IMG/VR virus record: IMGVR_UViG_3300032373_001148
Location: 1-57,158 of that record
Reading direction: 5' to 3' (one strand)
Length of the DNA stretch: 57,158 nucleotides
Source of the DNA: a virus
Taxonomy: Duplodnaviria; Caudoviricetes
Positions 1 to 10,300 of the stretch are shown here, in pieces. The notes below the pieces were generated by a model. It searched no databases and had not been told where the DNA came from. It was given only the letters and a program-made list of their open reading frames with translations. The position numbers were made by a program, and so were the translations under genes. Position 1 is the stretch's first letter; each line of letters starts with the position of its first letter.

Positions 1-717
1 CTATTCACGGGGCATGCGAATACACGCGACAGTCCCACCACTCATAGCATTTTCAATTTCGAGGCTACCGCCTAACAACTGAACCTTGTTTTGGACGATT
101 TGAATCCCCTGCCCCCAGCCCTTACGTTGCGAATGAGCATATGATGTCGTTACGGAGCCACCCTTCATCAAACTCATCAAAATCGTCGTTGGGATGCCTT
201 TGCCGGTGTCTTGCACAATAAGGATAAGGCCGTGATTTTTGTAATCCAGTTCCCCCTTAACGGTCACGCTGCCGCCTTTGGGGGTGAACTTGATCGCATT
301 GCTGATGAGATTCGACATGATTTCGTAAAGCACGACAGGGTCCGTATGCAAAATTGGAAAATCATCCGCGATCACATAGTTCAGTGTCACATTGCGTTGG
401 TCGGCATCTATTTCGAACGTTCGGATAATTTCAGGGCACAGAGCGCGAAAATCCACGTCCTCCTTTACGATCACCGCTTTCCCTTGGACGGCCTGGTCGA
501 GAACACGCTCACAGATTTGGAGAAGCCGCCTTGTCGCTGTGTTGACACGATCAGCGTAGTCAAAGGCCGTTTCCTCCGACAACGGCTGAGGCAGCGCCCC
601 CTTTTGCATCATCGCAGAAAAACCCAACATCGCATTGAGGGGCGTACGTATCTCATGCGCAAACTCGCGCAGCAACAAGTGCTCAGAATCCTGCTGGGGC
701 GCTTTTGTATCCGACAT
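1..717 (-). CDS. Host sensor histidine kinase (HisKA + HATPase_c)
   Basis: H-box FAHEIRTPLNAMLGF, N-box NLISNAIKFT, G1 DTGKGI; lies outside the att repeat. Confidence 0.9.
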   Translation of the reverse strand: MSDTKAPQQDSEHLLLREFAHEIRTPLNAMLGFSAMMQKGALPQPLSEETAFDYADRVNTATRRLLQICERVLDQAVQGKAVIVKEDVDFRALCPEIIRTFEIDADQRNVTLNYVIADDFPILHTDPVVLYEIMSNLISNAIKFTPKGGSVTVKGELDYKNHGLILIVQDTGKGIPTTILMSLMKGGSVTTSYAHSQRKGWGQGIQIVQNKVQLLGGSLEIENAMSGGTVACIRMPRE

Positions 718-835
718 GAGGGCCTCTAAACTCGGGAGTGTCGCACGTTACGGTCAACAATAATACAAATACCGCGCAGTGAATACACCTAGAGTTGAAA
801 TACTAAAATTTTAATGAATCGCGAATTGGGCACAC

Positions 836-866
836 AAAAAAGGCGGCGCTGGTTGCGCCGCCTTTT
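836..866. terminator. Bidirectional rho-independent terminator (probably the original tRNA-Val terminator)
   Basis: AAAAAAGGCGGCGC-TGGTT-GCGCCGCCTTTT, directly 3' of the displaced tRNA fragment. Confidence 0.8.
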
Positions 867-872
867 ATGAAC

Positions 873-920
873 TGGTGGGCGGTGACGGGTTCGAACCGCC
901 GACCCTCTCGGTGTAAACGA
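873..920 (-). repeat. Left att site: 48-bp copy of the tRNA-Val 3' end
   Basis: TGGTGGGCGGTGACGGGTTCGAACCGCCGACCCTCTCGGTGTAAACGA, identical to 56677..56724. Confidence 0.97.
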
Positions 921-1013
921 ACACTATACACGCCGAAACGGCTGTATTCTGCGGTTTAAACAAAGCATCGCACCGTGAACGCAACGAGAACATCAGGGTG
1001 TTTTGGGGGATAT

Positions 1014-1036
1014 GTGCCTACACCGTTGGCACTAAT
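1014..1036. promoter_or_regulatory. Putative integrase arm-type site (left arm)
   Basis: GTGCCTACACCGTTGGCACTAAT matches the reverse complement of 56614..56636 at 22/23 positions. Confidence 0.6.
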
Positions 1037-1047
1037 CATTTGAGCAT

Positions 1048-1073
1048 AAAAAAACCGCCCCCGAAGGGGCGGC
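1048..1073 (-). terminator. Terminator after the lysis genes
   Basis: GC-rich hairpin (CCGCCCC/GGGGCGG) followed by T7 on the minus strand. Confidence 0.8.
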
Positions 1074-1102
1074 AGAGGTGTCCAATTTAGGTGAATGGGT
1101 TG

Positions 1103-1756
1103 TTATTTTCCGAGCATGGCTTTCACGGCATTGATCGCACCTGAAATTGGGTTCTTATGACCTGATTTCCCGATCTCTCGCAAGGTCATATAACCGCCAA
1201 TGATACCGGCAGCCCAAGGCACATAATCCCCATACATGACGGCATAGACAGAATCCCCACTGAAGAATTGCCCCGCGATGAGATCAAACTTGATAAGAAC
1301 GACGGAGCTCCCATCGCCCCTCGTCCATCCAAATCCAGCAGACACGGTGTTGAGAACAGCCAGAGTGCCGTCTACTGCAAAGAGAAACGCCATGGGGTAG
1401 ACCATGCCTCTGGTCAGTAGCCAAACCACCCGAGGGCGCGTTGTCATGCGTTCCTTGGCGATTTCTGCAGCAGCTTCAGGTCCTAGCTTCGCGATCATGG
1501 TATCCGTAATGTCGCCCTGTTCATTTCGCAACCGATCCGTCTCGGCCTTATACAGATCAACCTTAACCTTCATATGGTCTAACCAAGCCTGCGCCTGTTC
1601 GGGCGGCAAAGCATGTATTTCACTTTGCAGCTCTTCTGGTGTGGTTGCTGCCGATTGATTTCCGGTTACGGCCTCATATATTTCCTTTCCAGAATCAATG
1701 AGCCCTGGGGCTGCGGTCAACGCTTTGAAGATAAGCGGTAAAAACTGGATCATCAC
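1103..1756 (-). CDS. Putative holin-like membrane protein
   Basis: C-terminal hydrophobic segments ending GYMTLREIGK, resembling 3TM-holin C-termini; coupled to the endolysin gene. Confidence 0.55.
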   Translation of the reverse strand: MMIQFLPLIFKALTAAPGLIDSGKEIYEAVTGNQSAATTPEELQSEIHALPPEQAQAWLDHMKVKVDLYKAETDRLRNEQGDITDTMIAKLGPEAAAEIAKERMTTRPRVVWLLTRGMVYPMAFLFAVDGTLAVLNTVSAGFGWTRGDGSSVVLIKFDLIAGQFFSGDSVYAVMYGDYVPWAAGIIGGYMTLREIGKSGHKNPISGAINAVKAMLGK

Positions 1757-2220
1757 GCCCTCACATACTTGCGATAGTTCAAAACAAATTCAGCTACGGT
1801 TCCTGCTCCTTGCTCGGTGTTGTAATGGGCTTTCCAATATTGCCCCAATGCTTCCGCATCATCTGCGCTCGGGAGCGCATGGGGAACTCGCATGTAATGC
1901 ACCCGCGTCATCGCCACTGCATAGGGCATATTTCCCACCAACTGTTCAACCTTGGGCTTGTACGGTGCCAGCAGACGATCCACCCGGTTCTTAAGCTCTG
2001 ATCTGTAGGATAAATAGTTTTCCCAAATGTCATCATGCGTTGCCGGTTCCATTTGGCACACACCCAACGCAGGGCCCCCGCCAACTTGGCGCAAGTATGT
2101 CAAATGGCTTTCCTGAACAGCCGTCCCCACAATCAAATTTTCAGCAGCCTTTGAGTACAACGCCAAATGCTCAAGAGTTGGAATGACGATTTCAGCGGTA
2201 TATTGCTTTATATCCAACAT
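1753..2220 (-). CDS. Putative endolysin (lysozyme-like fold)
   Basis: QES catalytic-Glu-like motif followed by GPALGVCQMEPAT; end of the late operon. Confidence 0.7.
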   Translation of the reverse strand: MLDIKQYTAEIVIPTLEHLALYSKAAENLIVGTAVQESHLTYLRQVGGGPALGVCQMEPATHDDIWENYLSYRSELKNRVDRLLAPYKPKVEQLVGNMPYAVAMTRVHYMRVPHALPSADDAEALGQYWKAHYNTEQGAGTVAEFVLNYRKYVRA

Positions 2221-2241
2221 GCTATTTACCCATCCTCCAAT

Positions 2242-2270
2242 AAAAAGGGGCGGCTCCTAAGAACCGCCCC
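2242..2270 (-). terminator. Terminator closing the GGY-NN RNA
   Basis: GGGGCGGTTC-TTAG-GAGCCGCCCC-TTTTT on the minus strand. Confidence 0.85.
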
Positions 2271-2273
2271 GTT

Positions 2274-2350
2274 GGGCCTTGGCTTGACAAACCTTGCCTT
2301 ACCTAGCCTAGCACTGCCAGACCGGACCAAGCCGTGCCTGCCTTGCTGCC
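2274..2350 (-). repeat. Phased pentamer array (GGY-NN)n
   Basis: Minus strand: GGCAGCAAGGCA GGCAC GGCTT GGTCC GGTCT GGCAG TGCTA GGCTA GGTAA GGCAA GGTTT GTCAA GCCAA GGCCC; 10 of 13 in-phase triplets are exactly GGY. Confidence 0.9.
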
Positions 2351-2396
2351 GTTTCCGGCCCCGAGGTTGTAGGGAACTCTCGGCGTAACCCAAATT

Positions 2397-2885
2397 TTAA
2401 GCGCTGATCTTGTCTTGCGTCTGCTCAATGGCGCTGAACACAGCGGCCAGTTCTTCAATTTCCTTGTAGCGATCATGCCAGGTCTTGAGTTCCCGCCATG
2501 CCCGTTTCAGCACCTGCTGACGCATATCGGAATCGGTCATCGCGGTATGGATTGGCGCGTATCCACGATCATCGTTGCGCTTCACATTCACATATGCCCT
2601 GACGGGTTTGGGTGGATTGGTCTTCACCTGCTTGATTTCAACCGTGATCGACCGTATTAACGCTCGTGCTTGATCCAGACGGTATTGCTCAGCGGCCTTA
2701 GAATCATCCCATTCAAACGCTTTGTTCAGTGGTGATGATTTCTTCTTGGCATCAGCCAACACCGCTTCAGCAGATAACAGCCCGTTATGGCGCTTTTCCA
2801 ACCACTCAAGACGTTCACCAACCTTCTGAGCGTCAACCTTGATGGCGGCACCGTCTTTCCAGGAATAAACCTTCAAATCGCTCAT
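2397..2885 (-). CDS. Partner protein of the RAMP-like gene, function unknown
   Basis: 162 aa, ATGA overlap with the RAMP-like gene; motif SPLNKAFEWDDSKAAEQYRLDQARALIRSI. Confidence 0.75.
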   Translation of the reverse strand: MSDLKVYSWKDGAAIKVDAQKVGERLEWLEKRHNGLLSAEAVLADAKKKSSPLNKAFEWDDSKAAEQYRLDQARALIRSITVEIKQVKTNPPKPVRAYVNVKRNDDRGYAPIHTAMTDSDMRQQVLKRAWRELKTWHDRYKEIEELAAVFSAIEQTQDKISA

Positions 2886-3487
2886 GACGCACCATCCGCT
2901 TCACAAGCGACATGGAACATGCCGAAGCTGTTGCCAGACTTCTCGGGTCGATTTTCGCCGACACCGACATGGAATCCTGCAGTATTGAACAAATGAATTA
3001 CCTGTTCCGCCGACAAAACACTGGCGTTGTATCTCACCGTGAAAGTGGCTTTCCACTCCGGGAACTCGCCCCGGAACCTGATATCGGCGGTTCCTTGGCC
3101 GATTCTGACCATATCCTGACGGGGCCTCGGCTCACCGTCGATCTTCACCAGTTCGCCAATGATATGGAACGCACCGCGCGCCTGAACCATGGTAACGCCA
3201 TCAATGGCCCGACAGGCGCCAACGGCTGCCGCTTTAAACGCTACTGCTGGGAAGCCATATCCACCCTCTGGATGCGGATACAGACTGTCTTGATAATCTT
3301 GCTCGGGGTCTTTTGCCACTTTTGCCGTCTTGGCCCGCTTCATCTGCTTATCAAGCATTTGCTGCTTGGCCTTCTGCGACCATGCATGGCAAATCAGTGG
3401 GCTATCCCCGACCAATGTCAGCTCAAACGCTTGAATATTCAGCGCCGGAAGATCAACCTTCTCTGTCGTTTTTGCTGCCTTAGCCAT
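2882..3487 (-). CDS. Stand-alone Cas7/RAMP-like protein (Vipr-like)
   Basis: RAMP-like motifs in order: LTLVGDSPLICH, FPAVAFKAAAV, WKATFTVRY and a C-terminal Gly-rich loop GVGENRPEKSGNSFGMF. Confidence 0.75.
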   Translation of the reverse strand: MAKAAKTTEKVDLPALNIQAFELTLVGDSPLICHAWSQKAKQQMLDKQMKRAKTAKVAKDPEQDYQDSLYPHPEGGYGFPAVAFKAAAVGACRAIDGVTMVQARGAFHIIGELVKIDGEPRPRQDMVRIGQGTADIRFRGEFPEWKATFTVRYNASVLSAEQVIHLFNTAGFHVGVGENRPEKSGNSFGMFHVACEADGAS

Positions 3488-3731
3488 GATTGACCTCCAT
3501 CAGGTTGTCATTGGCCACAGAATTGTTAGGCATACACGCTTTCCACCCAAGAGTGCCGTAACGCCTTACGGTCTCAGAAAGTACCTTTCGATATTCAGCA
3601 CGCTGCCCTTGTGGGAGGCTACGCTCAATAGGACCGGGGATGCGTGCGCCAGTCTTATTGGCATCGCTGCCTACATTCCAATCCGCCCGTATCTCACAGC
3701 GGACGCGGAAAGCTCTTTTGCGGGTGATCAT
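3480..3731 (-). CDS. Small basic hypothetical protein, first gene of the RAMP operon
   Basis: RBS GGTGGAG; overlaps the start of the RAMP-like gene. Confidence 0.5.
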   Translation of the reverse strand: MITRKRAFRVRCEIRADWNVGSDANKTGARIPGPIERSLPQGQRAEYRKVLSETVRRYGTLGWKACMPNNSVANDNLMEVNHG

Positions 3732-3765
3732 TTTTGTTGCTCCACCTTGCTCTTTTGTCCATATA

Positions 3766-3801
3766 GTGATACAAAGGTATCACAAGAGATACGAAAGTCA
3801 A
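3766..3801 (-). promoter_or_regulatory. Promoter and operator of the RAMP operon
   Basis: TTGACT-N16-TACCTT on the minus strand; palindrome GTGATAC-N4-GTATCAC (3766..3783) covers the -10. Confidence 0.6.
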
Positions 3802-3839
3802 TTCTTTTATCTCAGTAATTAAACTTATGGATCAAAATA

Positions 3840-4091
3840 GTGATTTATGTAGATCAAATCAGAGCAGCTAGAGCAGCCTTAAAGTGGCAGCAATCTGAAC
3901 TTTCAGAGCGCTCTAGTGTCTCCATTCCCACAATTAAGCGCATCGAAGGTGGAACAGGCCCGGTCAAAGCAAACTACGACACCGTTACCAAGCTTGTTGA
4001 CGCCTTAGAGAAAGCTGGAATTCAATTTATTGATGATGCTGAAAAACCCGGCGTTCTTTGGAAGGGGCCCAAGCAGCGAGAGCTTCTTTGA
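3840..4091 (+). CDS. XRE/Cro-family HTH regulator
   Basis: QIRAARAALKWQQSELSERSSVSIPTIKRIE; divergent from the RAMP operon. Confidence 0.85.
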   Translation: MIYVDQIRAARAALKWQQSELSERSSVSIPTIKRIEGGTGPVKANYDTVTKLVDALEKAGIQFIDDAEKPGVLWKGPKQRELL

Positions 4092-4133
4092 TGGGGGTCA
4101 GCACAGCCATGTGGTGAGCTTGAAGAAGTAACC

Positions 4134-4376
4134 CTAATCACATGCATTTAAGTACCGCACGCCAACTGCGAAAGCCCCTAATGCAGAAATAAAAAACCAA
4201 ATCACATACTTACCAGCTTCTGGCTTGCCATCAGGACCACTTTTTTGTCCCTCCTGCCAGCATTCATTAAATAGCCAATATGTAATTGCGAGCCCAACGG
4301 TTACGAATAACAGCCCAGCGCCTTTATCCATCATATGCCCCCCTATTGGTAGGGATGGTACAGCTATATGATGCAT
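4134..4376 (-). CDS. Small membrane protein with two predicted TM segments
   Basis: Two hydrophobic segments; AT-richer DNA; start uncertain. Confidence 0.5.
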   Translation of the reverse strand: MHHIAVPSLPIGGHMMDKGAGLLFVTVGLAITYWLFNECWQEGQKSGPDGKPEAGKYVIWFFISALGAFAVGVRYLNACD

Positions 4377-4391
4377 AGTGTCTTGGGTTTG

Positions 4392-7300
4392 TTAATCTGG
4401 ATAAATCACATCCAACTCCGCAGCGCGACCCCTTGCTTTCTTCGAAATGCGCCGTGCGCCATATCCCAGCACTTCTTGGCGAACTAGGCGCTTCAGGTAA
4501 CCTGGGTTAATAATGACGCGCTCATGAATAGGCCGATCAGCATTATATGCCATCAACTCGGACCTGATAACCTCAACCTCGTTGCGGTTTCCGCTGGCAA
4601 CCGCCCTAGCCAGGCGCGTGTAATAACGCCCCTGAAGGCCTGTGATTGATCGCTGCGCCCTTGTTTTGGCCCATTGCTTCTCACGTCGTCGCGTAATGCT
4701 CACGGGGGTGAAGCCTAGCGCCTTTAAGGCTACATCAAGGTTTGTGATTTCTTCCTTCGGTATCGCCACGCGGTCACGCGACTTGACGCCATCTGCCGCC
4801 CATCCATAGGCTTTTACAGGGTTGCTGGCGAAAGACGGCAACATCTGCGCTACGGCCTGGGTAGGTTCATCGTTTTTCAAATGCTCAATGGCGCGTTGCG
4901 GACGCCCGACCAGCATGTCATAGGAAACACCAAGCGCTTCAGCAGCGCGGTTCGTATCCTTCCCGAACAGGGCCAAAATTGTATCGGTTGGCAGGATGTT
5001 GCCCATATCCAACCGATGTGACATATCCGCGCCGGTCATGCGCAGAGCCCCGCGGTTAACGGTCTCTGCTAAAAGTGCCGAGTCCGACATCTCATAAACG
5101 ATTTCCCGAAGCTCTGATTCCAGATCAATCTCTTTGTCCGTCGCCCAGGCATAGATTGCCTCGAATAGATCCTTAAGATCATCGCCGAATGGTAAACCCC
5201 AAAGCCCAGCAGACGCCATCAAAGCACCAAACACATAGGCCAGAGCCTTCTTGCCTTCAGGGCCATTCTGCCGCGCCATGCGCCACATAAGTTCCAGATA
5301 GTTGACCGAGAACCCACGGAACTGGAACACCGCTGTCCCTGGCCATGCCCCGGCATCACGGAACCACGTCGGGCGGTTGCGCTTGCCCAGAACAAAATGG
5401 GTTTCATCGATCACCCATTCGGCAAAATCTACAGGCTTGGTGCCCATGCTGGCCCACAGAGCATTGTCCGTCAGAACCTCGTTGACCTTTTCCATCACGC
5501 CGGGGCGTCGGGCCAAGCGGTGGGCCGCGATAAAGGTGACAATGCGGTTGGCGCGTTCTGCCCCGGTGAACATCGAACCCGCAAATTCAACCGTGGCTTG
5601 GGTGCCTTTGCTGAATCCGCGACGGAACTTCTCAGAACCGTGGGCCACCCCCATTTGCTCCATCGTCACCAACGGAACCAAGGTGCCATCATCCCAGGCC
5701 CTTTGCAGGTCTTCCCGCACGTCTTCCGGGGCTTTTGATGGATCAAAGAACTCCATAGTCCCGCCATCCATGGTCGGCTTGCGCCATGCCATTTTAGCCA
5801 GGTCTTTATAGGCCCTGGTCATCTCAATGTTGATACGCCCGGCAGACGCAAATTGGCTCAGGTATGGCATGGTCGCCAGGGGCACCTGGGTCAAGTTGAC
5901 GCTCGCTGAGCTTGGATTTCCACTCAAATAAAAGAAGAAATTCAAGCTTCTCAGCCATTGAAGAGTTTCTTTCGGGCTTTGAACATACTCGATATAAACA
6001 TCCGCATATTTCCTGAGATTTGTTTGGTTCTGTGGAATTGACGCCACCGCCGTATCCAGCTCATCGCGTACTTCACGCCGCGCTAAATATGAAGAAATTC
6101 CGGTCACATAATCAGCGATCGATCGTTCAAAGTCAGGGCTATAGCCTGGGGTGTTCTTGGCGCCGATGAAATGCTTGCGAAACCCAACCTTCTTGCTGGC
6201 TTCGTTCAGCTGCTCACGTACGGCCTCCCATTCCGGGCCTTCAACTCGGCCCAGTTCGGCAAGGGCGTCGACATCACCGATCTTGATCCCGGCTGCTGCC
6301 AGATCGTTGGCGTTGACCATCTGGCGTGGGGCCTCAACGTCATACCCCTGTGATTTTGGGTACTGAGACATCAGCTTGCGGCGAACATCGATGACCTTCT
6401 TTCGATGAATCAGGCGCCCGACCGCACCGCCCACCTCAATCTTTTCGAAATGAACAAGATTGTTGCCCTTGTCGCGCACCGAAATGCTCACTTCGCCAAA
6501 ACGTGTAAACGGCACATATCCGCCCTTCTTGGCCTGCTCTATCTCAGCAACCAACTGGGCCACCTGGCGGGCACTGTCGGCCTCACGGTTCATATCCCGT
6601 GCCTCTTCAGGGGCTTCGCTCTTCTTGGCTTCCTGATAGAGTTCCTTGGCGTGGGCTTCCAGATCCTTAGCGGTTTCAGGGTCGCCCTCCTTGCCGAACC
6701 CCCATTCCCGCAGAACCTGCTGCTTATACAGGTCAAGCGCCTTGTCCATGGCACTGCGCACGGCGTGGTAAGCTTCAGACTGAGCCTTGTTCAGTTCGAC
6801 ACGCTCACCGCGCTTGCTCAGCGCGGCGTCTCCAAGCTTGTTGGTGACCCCAACCATAGGGCTATCAATGGCGCCACCCTCAAGCCGGCCGATTTCCAGA
6901 ACCTTGTGAACCTGGGCTTTATCTTCCAAATCCAGCTTGTGGTAGGGCTCAAGAATACGCGTCAAGTCTGCATTGATGGTGTCGCGGCGCTTGAACTGCT
7001 TCTCAACAGCCAACCATACTGGGGTGAACTTGCTGTAAATCGATGCGATGGTGCGCGGATGCACGATTGCATTTGCGAACCAGTTTAGGTCTTTGGCGTG
7101 AGGCACTGCCGGATCGGTGGCAAAATGCTTCAGTTCCTGTGTGGCCTTGCGTAGCGCACCGCGTTTTTTGGCTTCTGTATCCAGGGCTTCTACAGCACGA
7201 TCAGCAAAGCTTTCAGAGGCTGCCAGATCATCAATAGGATCATGAATGCTGAACTTGTCGCCAGAATCAGGAACGGCCCCGTTTCCGGAGCCGCTTACTT

Positions 7301-10300
7301 GTTCTGCTTTGCTTTGTTTGCCGCGATCAGTTCCCGTGCCCTCTTCTGGGCTTCTTGCTTGTCGCGCAGAAGATCCTTGATCTCCTCCTCGGTCAGGGGA
7401 CGAGGTCGTTCCTTCGGTGGGTGTGTTGGCTTTTCCATCATCAGACACGCTATATGAAATTCCATCGGCGGTATCCGACATTCTATCACGTTTTCCGACC
7501 TCGCCGCTTTCGATCTTGTCAAAGATATCCGAGGCGGATTGATAGCCCATACCATTCAAAGCATTGCCGAGACGTTCCAAGAACTGTTTGATTTTCTCTA
7601 GAATGCGACGAATTCCGGGTGGGAACTTCCCGTCTCCGTAACCGTATTCAGCCGATGCCTGGGCGACGGCTTCCTCAATCTTCTGTTCTTTGCTGGCATT
7701 TGGATACAGCTTGTCGATGTTATATTTTTCAATCCATTCACGGCGCGCCTTGTTGGCCAGTATGTTTTGCTCTGTTTTGTGAATCAGCCCCATTGAATAA
7801 AGCGCATGAATACCTTCGTGGCGGATGGTCTTTTCCGGGTTGCCCAGGTCAATCGCCACCTCAATGAGGTTCTGCGCGGCACGATGAACGCCGGTAACCG
7901 GAATTTTGCCCCGCCCTGGCACGTTGCCTAACAACTCATCGACCACCTGAACCTTGACCTTCGGCGCGATCCGCTTGGAAATGGTGATGATCTTTTGCGC
8001 CAGTTCTTCGCGATCGACGGACGTCTTCCAATCGTATTCGGCCAGGATAGCGTGGCTTTCGCCGCGCCCCAGCACCGGCTGGCCATCCACTTCAGAATTG
8101 ACGTCATCCAGCAATTGGCGGATACTGATAGATGAACCCGGTAATGGAATTGACCCAACTCCACTTGTGGTGCGGTCGTTCGAAGGACTCAGTCCCGTGC
8201 CGGGTTTTTCTATGTCCAAATGGTCGATATCGTACTGGCGCTTCATACCGTCACTGTGTTCGCGCACGGTGATTTTGATACGACGCACGTCACCATCCAT
8301 TTGTGCGGCTGCATAGAACCTGTGGATGCGGTTAATGTCTGCCCGTGTCTTGTTGTCCGAGACAGTTTCGACCAGGATCGCATGTTTCAGAAGATCGGGA
8401 AGCTTCCAGGCTAATGCAGCTCGAATTTTACTGCCTTCACCTGACAGGGTTTTCTTAATGCCCTTGGCGTAGAGATGAATATCCCAACCCGTATCTAAAT
8501 TCTGGTACTCACCGAGTATCCCATCAGGGGCAGAAATTTCCTGGTTGGCCAAGCGCCTTACGTCAGACGCATCTTCAACATCTTCGTACTGCTTCTTGAT
8601 CTCAACAATCTTGGTCTGAACCTTCCAGTCCAGCCCCTGCGCAACACCCGTCCAGTCGGGATCGTTGAAGACGGAGAACATCTCAACGCCTTTGTCGGTT
8701 TCCCGGTGCTCGATGGTGTTGAAGAGGTTATCAAAGGCCTCACGGATGCCATCCTGCTTCATTTCATCATTGGTTGGGTACGCACCGCTGGTCTGATCAA
8801 TGTTTGCGAGGTAATCATTGATCGCCCCCTTTTCGGAGAGACGGTCAACCATGTACTTCTCGAAGGCGCGCGCGGCTTTTTCGATGGTCTTATTCCAGTA
8901 CGGCTTAGACTTGGCCTTATCCAGCTCAACTGAGCGTTCCGCAAAGCCGCCCTTTGCCAGCGCCGTCTGCACGCCCTTCCATGCCTGATATACCTCGTCC
9001 CGCGCGGTTCCTTCAGTGCGCCGACGCGAACTCATATAGTCTTGATCTTGCCCCGTCGCCTTGCTTTTCCCGTGGTCATCTTGACGAGCAAAATAGTTAT
9101 CCAAACCATGCAGCCATTCATGAGCAAGCGAACCTGGACCGCTGCCCTTGGTCAGATTGATAACGACTTGACCCGGCTCATAGTGTGCCGCTGCCGCGGC
9201 GTTGCCACCAGTGCCCCGCGCTCCAAAGGCTAAGCCAAGTTCACCATTCAAAGAGATAGCTTTGGGGGGCACGCCGATGGTATCGGCTAAGTCCATAAGC
9301 GCATCATAAGCGCGGTTAAGGTCCGATTGACGGCGCGGTCCTTCAACATAATTGCCGAACTGCACGCCTCGGAACCCAAATGCCTCAGAGAATGTTTCCG
9401 GGGACACGTCACCATCACGCAGGTCTTGCCCGCTACGAGCCCGGTTCTCCGTTCCGCGCATATTAGGGCCCTTGCGCATATCGTCAATCTTGGCTTGAAC
9501 GTCATCACGGTTTTCGTCCAAATATTCCCGCGCTGCCGTTGGGGTTTCAAACCCCGCCTTTAGACGAAGAACCGTGCTGCGCACCTTGAACCCCAAGAAA
9601 ATATCGCTCGTCTTGTGGTCGCGATAAACATTAACAGCCGTGTATTTAGAACGTGTCTTTGTGCCCGTTTCTTCCTTTCCAGCAATCAGGTAAGGAATGA
9701 GTTTTTTGGCAAGTGAGATGGCCTCTTCTTCACTTTCCCGGTGCGTGTCTTGCATCGCGGGGTCATTGCCCATGGAATTGCGAACGGTACGGTTTTTGGA
9801 ATCCGTCAGGAACCAAAATGACTTGGACGGGTTGTAACGCTCACCTTTGAACATGCTGTAAGACGCTGAGCGGACGCTGTATCGAGCAGCCTTTTCCATG
9901 TCGGCTGGCGCAATGTCTTTAATGGCCTTCACCGTCGTCGGAATATCACCAAGCGTTGTTGCGTTTGCGACCTTCATCATGTGGTCGAGCGTCTTTGTGT
10001 CTACGTTCCCGCTGAGTATGTCATTTGCAAAACCGCGAAGAAGCTCAACCTGTTTTGCCCAACGCGCCACTTTCCACTTTGAACGAGGCTTGCTGGGGAT
10101 CGTGTTCCGGATTACAGCAATGTAGGCCATAACCTCACCCGAAACGCCTTCCTCTGCCAATTTCACGTAGTTCGGCTGAGGGAATGATTTGGAAAGTGGC
10201 GCGGTATTGACGTCAATACCCTCATCACTGAGGGCTTCTTTGAATCCGGTGAAGGTATCTTTGCGGGCACCGTGGATCTTTTCTCCAAAGTCCTCGATTT

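Larger units (their letters stand above)
2242..2390 (-). ncRNA. Candidate guide RNA (VIPR-like): 5' hairpin, GGY-NN tract, terminator
   Basis: Non-coding region directly downstream of the RAMP-like operon; hairpin at 2361..2383, phased pentamers, terminal hairpin. Expression is not shown. Confidence 0.7.

Noticed and set aside
873-920. Second tRNA-Val gene
   Set aside because: Only the 3' 48 nt are present; this is the att duplication.
2274-2350. CRISPR array or simple microsatellite
   Set aside because: There are no 25-40 bp repeats with spacers, and the units are not identical copies.
2167-2388. 73-aa plus-strand ORF across the pentamer tract
   Set aside because: No RBS, antisense to the flanking genes, and its LALP-type sequence is a by-product of the repeat.
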